The notes beneath the pieces are model-generated. The model saw nothing but the letters and a program-made list of their open reading frames with translations. It searched no databases and was not told where the DNA came from. 64,000 nucleotides of DNA from Geosiphon pyriformis uo1 (Eukaryota; Fungi; Glomeromycota): NCBI GenBank assembly GCA_016748015.1, contig JAAOMT010000193.1, positions 288,042 through 352,041 on the forward strand. Direction: 5' to 3'. The position numbers and the translations under genes were made by a program. Of the stretch, positions 14,851-27,114 are shown piece by piece (position 1 is the stretch's first letter; the number at the start of each line of letters is the position of its first letter).

Positions 14851-16465
14851 ATGAAGATTAAAGGGAAGTCCTTTTTTATTACGGGAGGGTAAGAAATTTA
14901 GATTTCAATTTTTTTCTAATCAATCCAAAGTCTCGTTTATTTCCCTTTTTAGGCGTGTTTTGCCAAAATTATCTTTTTACAACTGAGAGTTGAGATTTTT
15001 ATTCTAATCTTTTTACATCGCTATCTATGCAGATCAAGTGGTTTAGGCGAAGCCACTGTGATTGTGCTTTTGGAACTTGAGGCAAACGTGGTGGTCAGTT
15101 TGTGATAAAATTTAATTCCAAGCTCAAAAGTGGTTATAATTTAATTTTTGTAAAGATACTAACTTCATACTAAATCTTCAAATCAGATAATCGATATACA
15201 ACCTCCGAAAATTTCTAAGGATTTTGCTGAAAAACAATCACAGATCTTATATGTAAAGGCTGATGTTACTTCTACGGTAACTTGAGAAGAAATAAGCATT
15301 CTTTATCTTTATTTAAAAAAAATGCTTTCCTTCTAAATTTCTATCTAAAGAATCTATTTTAATAATAGCAAGAAGTTCGTAAAGCAATTGAATATGGGGT
15401 CGCAAAGTTTGGTTTAACATTTGGCGGAGTGATCAACTGCAGTGGAATATTTATTCCAGGGAAAGTTTGTATCCTTCTTTTTCATTAACTACTGAAGTAA
15501 TAAGCTTCCTCTATTTCTCACCTATATTAATTTTGTTATAAAATAGACGGTGGAAGATGGAACAGCAATGGATTTAGAGCAGGTCAAAAACGTAGTCAAT
15601 GTGAATCTGGTAAGTAACACCCGTTAGTTTAATTATTAAGCTTTTTTTAACTGAATACAGAAAAAAATTCATTTCCTTAGATTGGGACAATTAATGTTGC
15701 AAGTCAAGTAGCAGCCCTTCTAATTAAACAAGACCCAGAAGAAGATGGTAGGTTTTAAAATATTTCTCACCCCACTTGCTAAATTTCAGTTTATCTGAAA
15801 CCTTATTTAAATATATTCTCCTCTCGCATAGGTGAACGTGGTGCTATCATTAACGTTTCCTCAGTCACATATATTGAAGGGAATTCTGGTCAAGTTGCAT
15901 ACTGTGCATCAAAGGGTGGCATTGCAGGGATTACGCGTGAGCATTAGGATCTTTCGTTTGAGTCTTAAAATTAAAATAATAATAATAAACACTTTAGGGA
16001 ATAGAATTATTTAAATTTCAAATTCTTTAAAGTCCCAATGGCACGTGACCTTTCTATATATGGGATTAGGGTTCTCGCTATCGCACCAGGATGCTTCGGT
16101 AAGTTTTTATGCGGGTTAAAATTCACAGCTTTATTTCTATTTTCATCAATTCGGTTTCGAAATTTTAATTTCCTCTTAATTCAGTTACACCTATACTCAA
16201 AATAATGCCGGATCAAGCACTGGTCAAAATCACGGATATGATAGAATTTCCTCAGAGGTTTGGAAAACCATCAGGTAATTATTATTATTATTATTATTAA
16301 CCTGCTAAAATCTTTAGCATTCTAATTTCTTTTTATGTTTAAATTTTTTTCTTTTGCTATACATAAACAGAATTTGCCAAACTCGTAATTTATTTAATTG
16401 AGAATACTTATATGAATGGTGAAATCGTAAGAATTGATGGAGGACTCCGGCTTGGAAAACTTTGA
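14851..16465 (+). CDS. Short-chain dehydrogenase/reductase, 3-hydroxyacyl-CoA dehydrogenase type 2 (HSD17B10-like), 10 exons
   Basis: Manual splicing at GT-AG sites gives [18 protein letters not shown] (TGxxxGxG), [30 protein letters not shown], catalytic [29 protein letters not shown] and [20 protein letters not shown] at 14851, TGA at 16463-16465. The ORF track misses it because the exons are short. Confidence 0.93.
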
Positions 16466-17221
16466 TCACTTTCAAATCTTTCTTTGAAACTTTTCGTTTT
16501 AAACTAAAATCAGTTTCTTTCAATACTAAATCTTTTGAAAAATACTGTGCTCTGCATAAAAATAAAGAATTAAAGCTCAGAATACTAATGAAGCTTATTT
16601 TGCTCAACTAATTTTTAGAGAGCCAAGAACTTGAAGTTTTTGCGATCAAATTTAAATGTCTCACATTTGATTAATAAAATCTCTAAAATTGGGTTAAACA
16701 TAAGAAAGTAACTTAAGTAAGCTATTGGAACTGAATAAATATGTACATAAATTATTTTATTTTTAATTAGATTCCAATTTAGGAAACAAAAAAACTATAT
16801 TATTACAAATAGGAACAACATGTTAACAGATAGCAGAAAGTAAAGTAACTGAGAACAATATAAATTTAATTAATTAATTAATATTTTAATATTTTCAAAG
16901 GAAATTTGAAGGTAAAGAAATTGTCAATAAAAGATAAAATGGCTATTTTGATTTTGTGCGTTATTTGGTACTTTAAAATTTAATAACAGATATTAAATAT
17001 TTTTAACAGTAATTTATTCAATTTCTAATAAAAATACAAATTTCAAAAAAATATCAAGCTGATTTTGATTTGAAGAGAATATTCAGAATTTAATTTTTTC
17101 AATTAAAAAGAAATTAATTATAAAAATAGAGCGGTTAAAAATGTGCGACATTAGTGGTTAATACATTATTGATATAGATAAAATAAATACTATAGTTAAT
17201 TATATAAAGTTTTTACAATTA

Positions 17222-17361
<140 letters not shown>

Positions 17362-19612
17362 AATAAATAAAATAACAATGTAATAAATAAAAGATTAAAT
17401 TAGATGAATTTCTTGATTGCCTCTTTATGGAGTCTAATATAAATTTTATTATAATTTTATGTTCTCCAAATCTTTCATATTCTATTTTTTTTAATTTCGA
17501 GTAGTTTATTGCTATTATGATAAACCTAGATTTGGAGAATGCTATCAAAATTTTTTATTCTGAACTTTAAACCTTTAAAAGAGAAATTTTTTTTAATCAT
17601 AGTAATTTATTTAAAGGGCGAACCTTTATTTTGATAAGTTATTAGCCAAAAATAGATTAATCAAAAGTTTCTAACAATAAATTGATGAAATATAATTCTC
17701 TCATTGGGAAAGCCAGTTAAATAAAATAATTAATTTATCTATTTATTATTTGTTATTCTATTATTAGTTTTTAGCCCCCCGAATTTAATCCTTCTTTATT
17801 GAAATTAATTATACCTTTATTTCATTCAAGAGAAATCATTACTTAAAACTTTATTTCGAAATGTTGGTTATAAATCCTTAGGATTTCACAATGAGTTGCA
17901 GATAGTATCATCGATTTTTATCTCTAGAAAGGTATTAATCACTGAAATGAATGCAAAGAATACACATATTCTTCATTATCTGCTTGATCTTTTTATCATA
18001 AAATAGAAATTAGAGTTTAAACTCTAATTAACGATAAAAAAGATCAATTTTAAATAAAATTATAATAATTTATTACTAATAATTTATATTAAAATTTTGA
18101 TTTATAAAATTTAAAAATATTGAAATTATGTATTATATTTAATTCATAAATAAAAATTTTTAGTTTTTAAAATAAATGGTATTAAATTAATGTTGAAATT
18201 TATATTATCATTTTATATATATTGATTTTATTTAGAGTCTTAACACTAACTCTAAATCGTTTATATTATTATTATTATTATTGTTGTTGTTGTTGTTGTT
18301 GTTATTTTATAAAGAAATTGAACCACTCATTTAGGTAACAAGAAAATGTGTGTATTATAGCTACTTAATTTGGTTTATAGTCAAACCTATTTAGTATGAT
18401 AATAGTTTGATGAATAACAATATTTTGGGTTTAATAAAGTGAGTTGTCAAGTATGTGAGCACAGAGAAAAAATATAAATACTAATTTCACTCTTAGAAAA
18501 TTACTTTCTAAACAAATCTTGTTCTTTGTTATTTGAATGATAGCCTATTTATTTTATTCAAATTCACATAATTTTAACCATGGAATTAAAAGAAATTAAA
18601 ACAACTTGTTCAAAATTTCATTATTCAATCGGTGTAATTAGTGTCAAGAGAGTATTAAAGATAATAAAAATTAGAATGATTGTAATACATGTAAATTCAT
18701 ATTATTTACATATTATGCAGACATAGATATCAAAAATTTATGATAAAAAAACTTATAAAACTATAGTTTTGGCAATGCACAAAAAAACAAAAATTGATTG
18801 TAAACGATTATTTCAAGATGCTATTACTTTCTGTTTGGTTTTTATTATTTTACATATATTAAAAGAAATCCTATAAAAAACATTTACTAATAGACACTTT
18901 GAGCATATTAATATTTACATTTTTTATTTAAGTTACTTTTAAAAATCATTTTGAGTTTTATTATAGTGAGTTTAAAAGAATAATATCTTATTTACATAGA
19001 TTAGTTGGTAATTTTTGTTTTGCTTTTTTTATGTTATTTTATTTTATATTATATTTTTTTGTATAGTTGGTTTTGTTCTAACTTTTATATTGTTTAATTT
19101 TATTTCAGATGTTGCTTATAAAATCATTAATTTTACTGAAAAGCTACAAGTTGTAAAATGCATCATACGTTTTATAGTGACTATACAACCTTCAATTAAG
19201 AAAAATATCAGAGTTAATGATAATAAAACAATCAATAAATTCACTGAGAAATCCAATTTTGTAGTCATAAGTTAATTTTTTGTTTGGAATCCAATATATG
19301 AGTTAAAATTAAAGTTTTTTATGTTAAAAGCCTTTGTTGTTTAATATAAAGTTTTTAGATGTAAAAATCTATGAAAACTAATCAACTGGTTCAAAATTTG
19401 ACAATGTATAGTAAAAATTTAAAATCAAAACTTTTTTCAACCATTGTGTTATTCACAAAAAATTAATAACCTATTTATCATTAATGTTAATCCAAAAATT
19501 ATAATCTCGACTTTTAACAAATACATTTAACCAAAAATTTTAAGTCATTATTGAAAAAAAATAATTAATCTTATTGTAATAGATATAATATAAAAGTGAA
19601 TATTTTGGCATA

Positions 19613-19752
19613 TGAAGGTATTGTGGCGAAGTTAGTAACTTGCGATGGATTTTAATGAAAGATCTCATTTTTTCAAGCGAGATAATGACACACTTTCAGG
19701 CATCTTATTCAAACATGCGATTTCATTTTACTAACCTTGCCACAATACCTCG
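19613..19752. mobile_element. MITE-like element with ~23-bp terminal inverted repeats
   Basis: AGGTATTGTGGCGAAGTTAGTAA (19616-) matches the reverse complement of TTACTAACCTTGCCACAATACCT (-19750) with 2 mismatches. GC-richer than its flanks. No clear TSD. Confidence 0.6.
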
Positions 19753-19905
19753 TTTTACCATATAATATTGTTTTATTAATTCTTCAACTTATTTTTGTCT
19801 TTTGTTTAATTAATTTTAATAATTTAATTAATATAAATTTTGAAATGTATTATATTAACATTTTATATCAAAATAAATCAAGATGTGTATCTTCCAAGAA
19901 ATAAA

Positions 19906-19953
<48 letters not shown>

Positions 19954-21286
19954 ATTTAAAACCCAAATTTATTGTCATTTTTCTTATTTTTAGTTGTTTT
20001 TATTAAAACCCATGAACTTTATTAAAATTATATTTATTATTATATTATGGATTTTGATGTTTTAATATAATTTTAATTTATCTTGAGTTTTAAAACTTTT
20101 CTCTTTTTAATATTCAAAAAGTATTATCCAAATAATAAACTGTTATATATAAATATTTTTAATAATATGATCATTAAAATATTTACAATAAATTTTATTA
20201 CTTTATAATACATTGTTTTTAATAAAAAAATATTTAAATAGATTCTATGGTATTTTAAATAATTTTTAATAATTTTTTTTTGCCAATTAAAATTAAAATT
20301 ATCTTGTTTTATACAACTAAACAAATAAATTTTGCAAAAAATAATAATATTAAATTATTTAACAAAAAGCACTTAAATAAAAATATCTTTTAATTTTGTG
20401 AATATATTATTTGTTAAAAAAACAACTATTTAAGCTGCTTTATTAATATATTGTTTTGATATTTACATTAGCTAATTAATAACTTTTTTTACAATTTCTT
20501 ATTTAATAGTAGATATGATCATTATGAACTGTCAATAATTTTGAAGTACAAGTTTATTGATTTTTCATCAGATTGGGAGAAATCTTAGTAGTCTCGGTGA
20601 TTAATTTATAATTAAATAATATTTATTAATATTGAAATTGGGTATGACTGTTAATACTTCATTGACTAAAGTTGTGTATAAGCTAGACTACATAATGATA
20701 ACAACATAAAATTAAAAGGAACAAATATAACAAAAAATTGGTTAACAATAGTTTCATATTATAGATTCATGACAATATATAAACAAAAATATAATAAAAT
20801 TGTTTTTTAACATTCACTAAAAACAATATATTTACTTCAGAATTTTAACTCAAAAATTAAAGTATATCTATTTACAGAATGTTTATTTAAAAACTAATTC
20901 TAGAAATTATGGAATTGTTTACTGATTTGTTGTTTAATAAGAAAAAAATAAAAATAAATGGTTTTAAAATAATCAATAATGGTTTTGTTTTTTTTGTAAT
21001 TGCTTATAAAATAGTTGAGAAAGTAAACATGAAAATGTTACAAAAAAAAAACTATTTTTAATGTAACAATATTTTACTAAATCATTTTACCTATCTGAGA
21101 GATAATCTTTAACGGGTCATACTTTAAGATAATCAGATACATTAATTTTTTTATTTAAAATAAAAAATTCTTATGACATGTACCAGCAAAAAACAGGATC
21201 TAATGAATATTAAATAAAGCAGTACTTGATGCAGACAAAAGTTCTTAAACAAAATTTATGCAGAATGCATTCAAATTCCTATTATA

Positions 21287-22556
21287 TCACTCTTCCCACG
21301 GTGGGCGCGAATCAATACATCTTCCCATCATAACACCCAAATAAGTTCCATTGTGAGGGAGAAAATTTTTTGAAGTAAACTTATTATTACATTTCTGTAA
21401 AAAAAGAATTTTAAATGAGCTTATAAAAACAAATTTTTTCTTTTCAAAAATTTAAAGTACCTCACTTTCCTGAATAAAACCTCTTCGATTAAATTCTACA
21501 GTTGTTCCAAGACAGGTAAAAACCTCAGCAGTAGAACAATCACAACTATCTTTTTTAATCCAGTACTCTAAAATATGATGAATGTAAGTGGCTTTTCCTG
21601 TGTTTGAGGGTAATCTAGAAACGTAATCATCCATATTGACGAATCTATATGCTCGAATGTTACGTAGGTAAAGGCGGTTCACATATTCTGCAAACTCTCG
21701 ATTTCCTATACGTGGTTGACCGAATGTCACGATTTCAATTTGGGCTCGGACACCTAATGGAGGACTAATTAATTCCAGGACTTGTAAGGTGGCATAGACT
21801 ATTGTGTTGATTCGAGAAAAAAAGTTTCATTGAATTTCGAAAGTCAAATAAGAATTTTTTTAAAAAATGTGGTTAGACACAAACCAGCCCCAGATCCATG
21901 TCCAATAGCTACAATATCTCGAATGCCAGTTAATCTGATGGCTTGTAGAATTAAATGTATCATTCTAAAAAAAGTGTTTTTGAATCTTTGGAAAAAATAT
22001 TTATGGACTTTCGCCCCTTTTGCATATTCATATTCGAAAAGTTGGCTTTTATGATGAGACCAAAATTCTTCCGAGTCTATTGGTTCTCCACGGACCATAA
22101 AAATTATTTTGGATTCGATCACTTCTACCGCAGCTTTAATAAAAAAGTTTCTTCGATAATCTAATAAATCTTTTTGGCAATGAATCGACAAAAAATTTGA
22201 TAGATTTTACCATAAATACTTGGCCCCATTAGGCTATCATCTTTCAAACAATAAGATTTCATTGCATACCATGCATATTTTTGAAAAATCTTTAGTTCAT
22301 TTTCCTCAACTCTGTCTACCTTCCCAGGAAATATAACACTTCGGTCTAAAATATTTTTATCATGTTGAATATGAGAGAATTTATGAGATTTTTCAATATC
22401 TTTCAATAATTGTAAAATTTCTTGAGGTATTTGAAGTTTATGTGAGTGTTTTCGAATTTCGAAGGGCACGAATGAAATCAAAAATATGAAAGTGAAAATT
22501 AAAAATAGAATCCATTGTGAAGAAAATTTATAAATTGTGAAAAAATTGTAAAGCAT
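21287..22556 (-). CDS. Class-3 (fungal) lipase-like alpha/beta-hydrolase, 4 exons, N-terminal hydrophobic segment, non-canonical nucleophile elbow
   Basis: Exons ~22556-22211, 22133-21885, 21798-21461 and 21394-21287. Motifs: YAWYAMKSYC, IIFMVRG, AKVHKYF, IVAIGHGSGAVYATL, VTFGQPRIGNREFAEY, RFVNMDDYVSRLP, YIHHILEYWI, PHNGTYLGVMMGRC. Confidence 0.88.
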
Positions 22557-22887
22557 ATTTTAGTGATATTATCACGAGTTTTTTGATCATATTTTTAAAA
22601 ACTTTTTGATCTCGAGTAATCAGTAAATAAACGATTATCTTTAATTATTATTATCAATTACCGTTGAATTTAATCATCACATCAGCCTAGTAGGGAAATG
22701 TCAATCAAAAGTCCTAAAATATTAAAACCATTTCTTTTTTGGCTGATTGTACTAGAATAATAATTTGTAATCAATTCCTTTTATATTTATTGATCATCTT
22801 TCTCATTTTTAAAAAGATTTTTACGAATATATCTCTTTTAGAAAATTTGTAAAATTAGCTGATAATTAATTTCAATATTTTTTTATA

Positions 22888-23971
22888 GGGAATTGCTAAA
22901 TCGACCCACTAAATCGACCCACCCCCAACATGTGATATCATTTACGTCATAGTTTCGTATTCAACTATATATAGGAACATATTAACGAGTTTATAATCAA
23001 AGAGCTCTAGAATAAACTTAATAAGTTTTCTTTTGATTTTACGAGTAATTACATCTTTTTTATAAAATTACAGATTATATTCATATGATGTTACCACTTC
23101 CAGATGCATCATATAGCTCTTGTGAGATGAAGATACAAAGTCTTAACACCTTTACATACTCCCAAGGATATGTAGTTACAAAACGACGCTCTGCTGCTAA
23201 TGGTACTCGTATTACCTTCAAATGTGATCGGGGAAATGAATATAATGCTTCTAAAAGACTTGTATTAGAAGATCAATAACGAAAAACAGCAACTCGATTA
23301 ACAAACTGCCCTTTTACTGTATATAGACGATTACTCAAAGCTGATGAACGCTGGCATTTAACAGTTCGCAATGATGAACATAATCATGAGTTATTGCTCG
23401 ACGACTTAAATCCAAGCAAAAAGTATTAGTTTCACAAAAGTTTACAACATTACGACAGGAAGATCTTGAACAACATGCAATTTCAAAGACTACTTATAAT
23501 AAACAGGCACATCTTCGAAAAATAGACTCAATTAATTCAGATTTCAACCACATCTCTTGCAATTGAGAATCCTTTTAATCAACGAACTCGAGGACGTTCT
23601 TTAAGTACTTTAAATCGCTCTAAACAAAATATTGCTCATCAAGAATCATCTATTCAACGAAATTTATCCCAATTTGAAATTGTTGAAAATGTTTCTTCTC
23701 AAATTCAAGTACGTAAATGTAAAATTTGTAAGAAACAAGGCCATAATATTCGGACCTGTCCAGAACGAAGTGTTTTTTAATTATAAAACACTATAAATTA
23801 CTTAAGGCATAATAAAAAATTAAATATATAATCTATATTCAATTTTATTAAAGAAAAAGTTATTTTTTATTTTAATTAAACTAATATTTATTAGAATTAC
23901 TAATAAATAAATATTAAAATTCTATATATATTAATATCATGTGTTGCGGGTGGGTCGATTTAACAATTCCC
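22888..23971 (+). mobile_element. Non-autonomous Mutator-like (MULE/FAR1) element, internally deleted
   Basis: TIRs GGGAATTGCTAAATCGACCCAC.. and ..GTGGGTCGATTTAACAATTCCC. 8-bp TSD TTTTTATA at 22880-22887 and 23972-23979. FAR1-like GYVVTKRRS..FKCDRG..TRLTNCPF..W..HNHE and C-terminal RKCKICKKQGHNIRTCPE. No DDE core is visible. Confidence 0.88.
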
Positions 23972-24435
23972 TTTTTATAAGCCCTAAAAATTAATCATTT
24001 GATGTGATCAATCAATTAAAGAGCGCAAGTGACGGGGGTGTTTCAAACTTTATTTAAAATTCGAAATCTTGAAATTTTATAGAATATCCAATTGTAATGC
24101 CTGCAAGAGGAGAAATAAAGTTTTCAATAATTTATTCTTTTCTTACTTGTTTATTAATCAAAGATTTGGAAAAACTATAGTTATAAAAATTTATTATAAA
24201 GTTTAATATTATTGGCATCACCTCAAGTATTTTCCATAGAATAATTTTAAATGGGTCTATATATCGATTTTTAATGGTCATGTGAAATCCATTAATTACC
24301 AATTACAAATATCTTCTTATTAGATATTCCAAAATTAATCAAATAATAATTTTCAAAGACATTATATTCTGATAAATTCATTTTTATTCAAAAAATTGAA
24401 TTACTCACATTTAGCATCATGAATGTAGAAATATG

Positions 24436-24437
<2 letters not shown>

Positions 24438-24511
<74 letters not shown>
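24438..24511. repeat. (TTA)n microsatellite
   Basis: Perfect trinucleotide run. Confidence 0.97.
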
Positions 24512-25419
24512 GTACCTTTAATAATTGAAATCTTTTTTATCAAATACTCTGAATTCTTGATTTATAGAATAAATTCCTAAAAGGAAACTCTTTGAAATTG
24601 ACGAACCAACCAAATCTCCAAAAAATGTTTATGCTCACAAATAGTTTCATTTAGATCTCAAAATAAATTTATCCAGATTGATTGCCACTCTTCTGTAAGT
24701 TGAAATTTACTTATATTTTGTTTGAGTAAATATTATTTATTTAGATTCAGATATCAATAAATATTATGTATTTTGATTCAGATATCAATAAATATTGCAA
24801 TATTTGATTCGGTCGATATTGAATAACATGACGAAATATGAGGCGAAAATTTTATCAAAAATTTCAAAAAAAGGTAGAATTTTTCAAATTTCTAACGATT
24901 CTTTTATTTGATCTATAATTAGAATTTCGAACAAATCTAATTAAACCCGAGGAAATTAAACTTAAAAAAATCACAGCTTTCACAAAATTTTAACCTAATT
25001 ATAAAAAAAAGCTTTAAAGAATATTTTTTTACTCTACTATTTCAATTTGATTCATAATTTAAGGAATGTATATTTAAGTTACACTTCAAATATAGAGTTT
25101 TTATGTTGATATAAAAATAAATTTAAAAATTTAATATATCATTTTAGGAATTAAAAATAAAGTTTAACTGAAATAAAATTTCTAAAAGATACTTTTTTAA
25201 AAATAAATAAAACATAGCAACATAGAATAAAAAATTAAGAAAAAATAATTGGTTATATAATTGTAATTAATAAATGCTTATTTTATATATAATTTTAAGT
25301 TCAAAATTACTATATATTACAATTAATTATAAGTAATTTATTACTTATTTATTGTGCAACAAGTTTTTCTAAATTAAGTGTGCTCCTTCCCACTACCTAT
25401 TCTACTTACAATTTAGGCA

Positions 25420-25950
25420 ACTATAAGTGTGGATCATGGATTTTCAACTTGACCACACTTTCGTCAAGACAAGCTAATTAAATTTCTAATTGCATCCCCA
25501 AATTTGTCAGTATAAACGGTATTCGAGAATAAATATCCAACTTAATCCTACCAAAAAACTTAAATAACCCAAACCCACAACTTCACTGTCTCACAAATGA
25601 ATCTTCCCAATATCAATATTCTCGATACAATCCACAAAACCTATATCTACTTCCATTAAAATTCATATTCTGACCTTATATTGGTTGTAGAAATTCAAAT
25701 CTTGTCCTTAATGGGCAATTAAGATTGACTGGACAAATTCTACTATTCTACCCAATTCATATTTATAAAATTTCAATGACTCCTGATACCAATTCCTAAA
25801 TACAAAACCCTTGACTAACAATATATATAGTTGGCATAAATGTAGCGAATTACTCATTCTTTTGCAGAAAGATAACTCAAATAGGTCTTTTAAAATATCA
25901 AATTTATGGAAGGCCACACACTGAAAACATTCGACCAATCGATATTTCAA
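25420..25950 (-). mobile_element. 5'-truncated LINE 3'-end fragment
   Basis: ORF 25708-25950 LYILLVKGFVFRNWYQESLKFY..GRIVEFVQS resembles the KGFVFxxW..IVxFV C-terminus typical of this LINE group. Confidence 0.65.
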
Positions 25951-27114
25951 TTTTAATAAAAAATTATGTATATATAGTTATTGCTAAATTATAATGTAAT
26001 TAATAATTTATTTAAACAATTCTAAAATTTTAATAACCTTTTGATTTTAGTTTTTTTTAGCTAAAGACAATAAAATCTAATGCACATAGATTTAAAACTA
26101 CACAAAAATAAAATAAAGATTTTATAAAAATCTTAAGAGTTTTCAATGATCAAATAATTGTAATTTATGTTAAGAAAATACAAAAATCCTATTTTTATAT
26201 TTAAATTTTTGATAATAGCTATGAGTATTTTAGTTAAATAAATTTTTTCTAATGACTGATATTTAATTTTTCACAGAAATTTAGATTCAATTACAGTATA
26301 CATGTATTTAAAAATTTAGTAAAAAATAAATAATAAAAGTGAAACTAAAAAAATATAAATCTTTTTTAATTACTATTAATTATTAGGAACCAAAATTTTA
26401 TCAGGTTTGGTTCGTATACTACTAATCAGTACAGTTTAAATTAACCCAAACCAAAAAAAATTATCATTTTTGATAGGGATTGTTCTTAAATCCAGCACGA
26501 CCTGATTTTGAACAGAGTTTTAGTTTTTGAAAAATAATGATTTATTTAATTAACAAAAAAATTTTTTTTTTATAATAATTAAAATATATAAAATATAAGA
26601 AAAAATAAGTAATTTGATTTTTGTGATATTTATTATAAATGTTCTGATTCAAAAAGGTTGATAAAAGCCTATTCTATTAATAATAATAAAATTTTATGTA
26701 AATCCTTTAAGGCTAATTCATTTTGCGAGTCGATGATTTGAATTTTTACCAATAAAAAAAAACTATATTTATTAATAAATTTTTATGTATAAAACAATTA
26801 AGAAGTATAAGTTTTATAAAATCAATCCGTCTATTTGCTATTAAAAATTTATTCTATGAATAAAACCAATTGCTTATTTCCTCTGATATAGTATATACAT
26901 AATTTATTTATTCATAAAAAGTTTTTTAAAATCTTTGCACTTCTGAAAATTATAATTAATTAATAGTTTGACATTTGGCAAAGAAATTTAAAAATATTAA
27001 TTAATAGATTTATTAACAGTTATCGAAAACTTTGATTTCTAATGTTACGTTCCACCTTCACTCAAATTGCTAACTTCAACTCAACTTCTCTTCCATTAAA
27101 TAATTCCAATCCTT

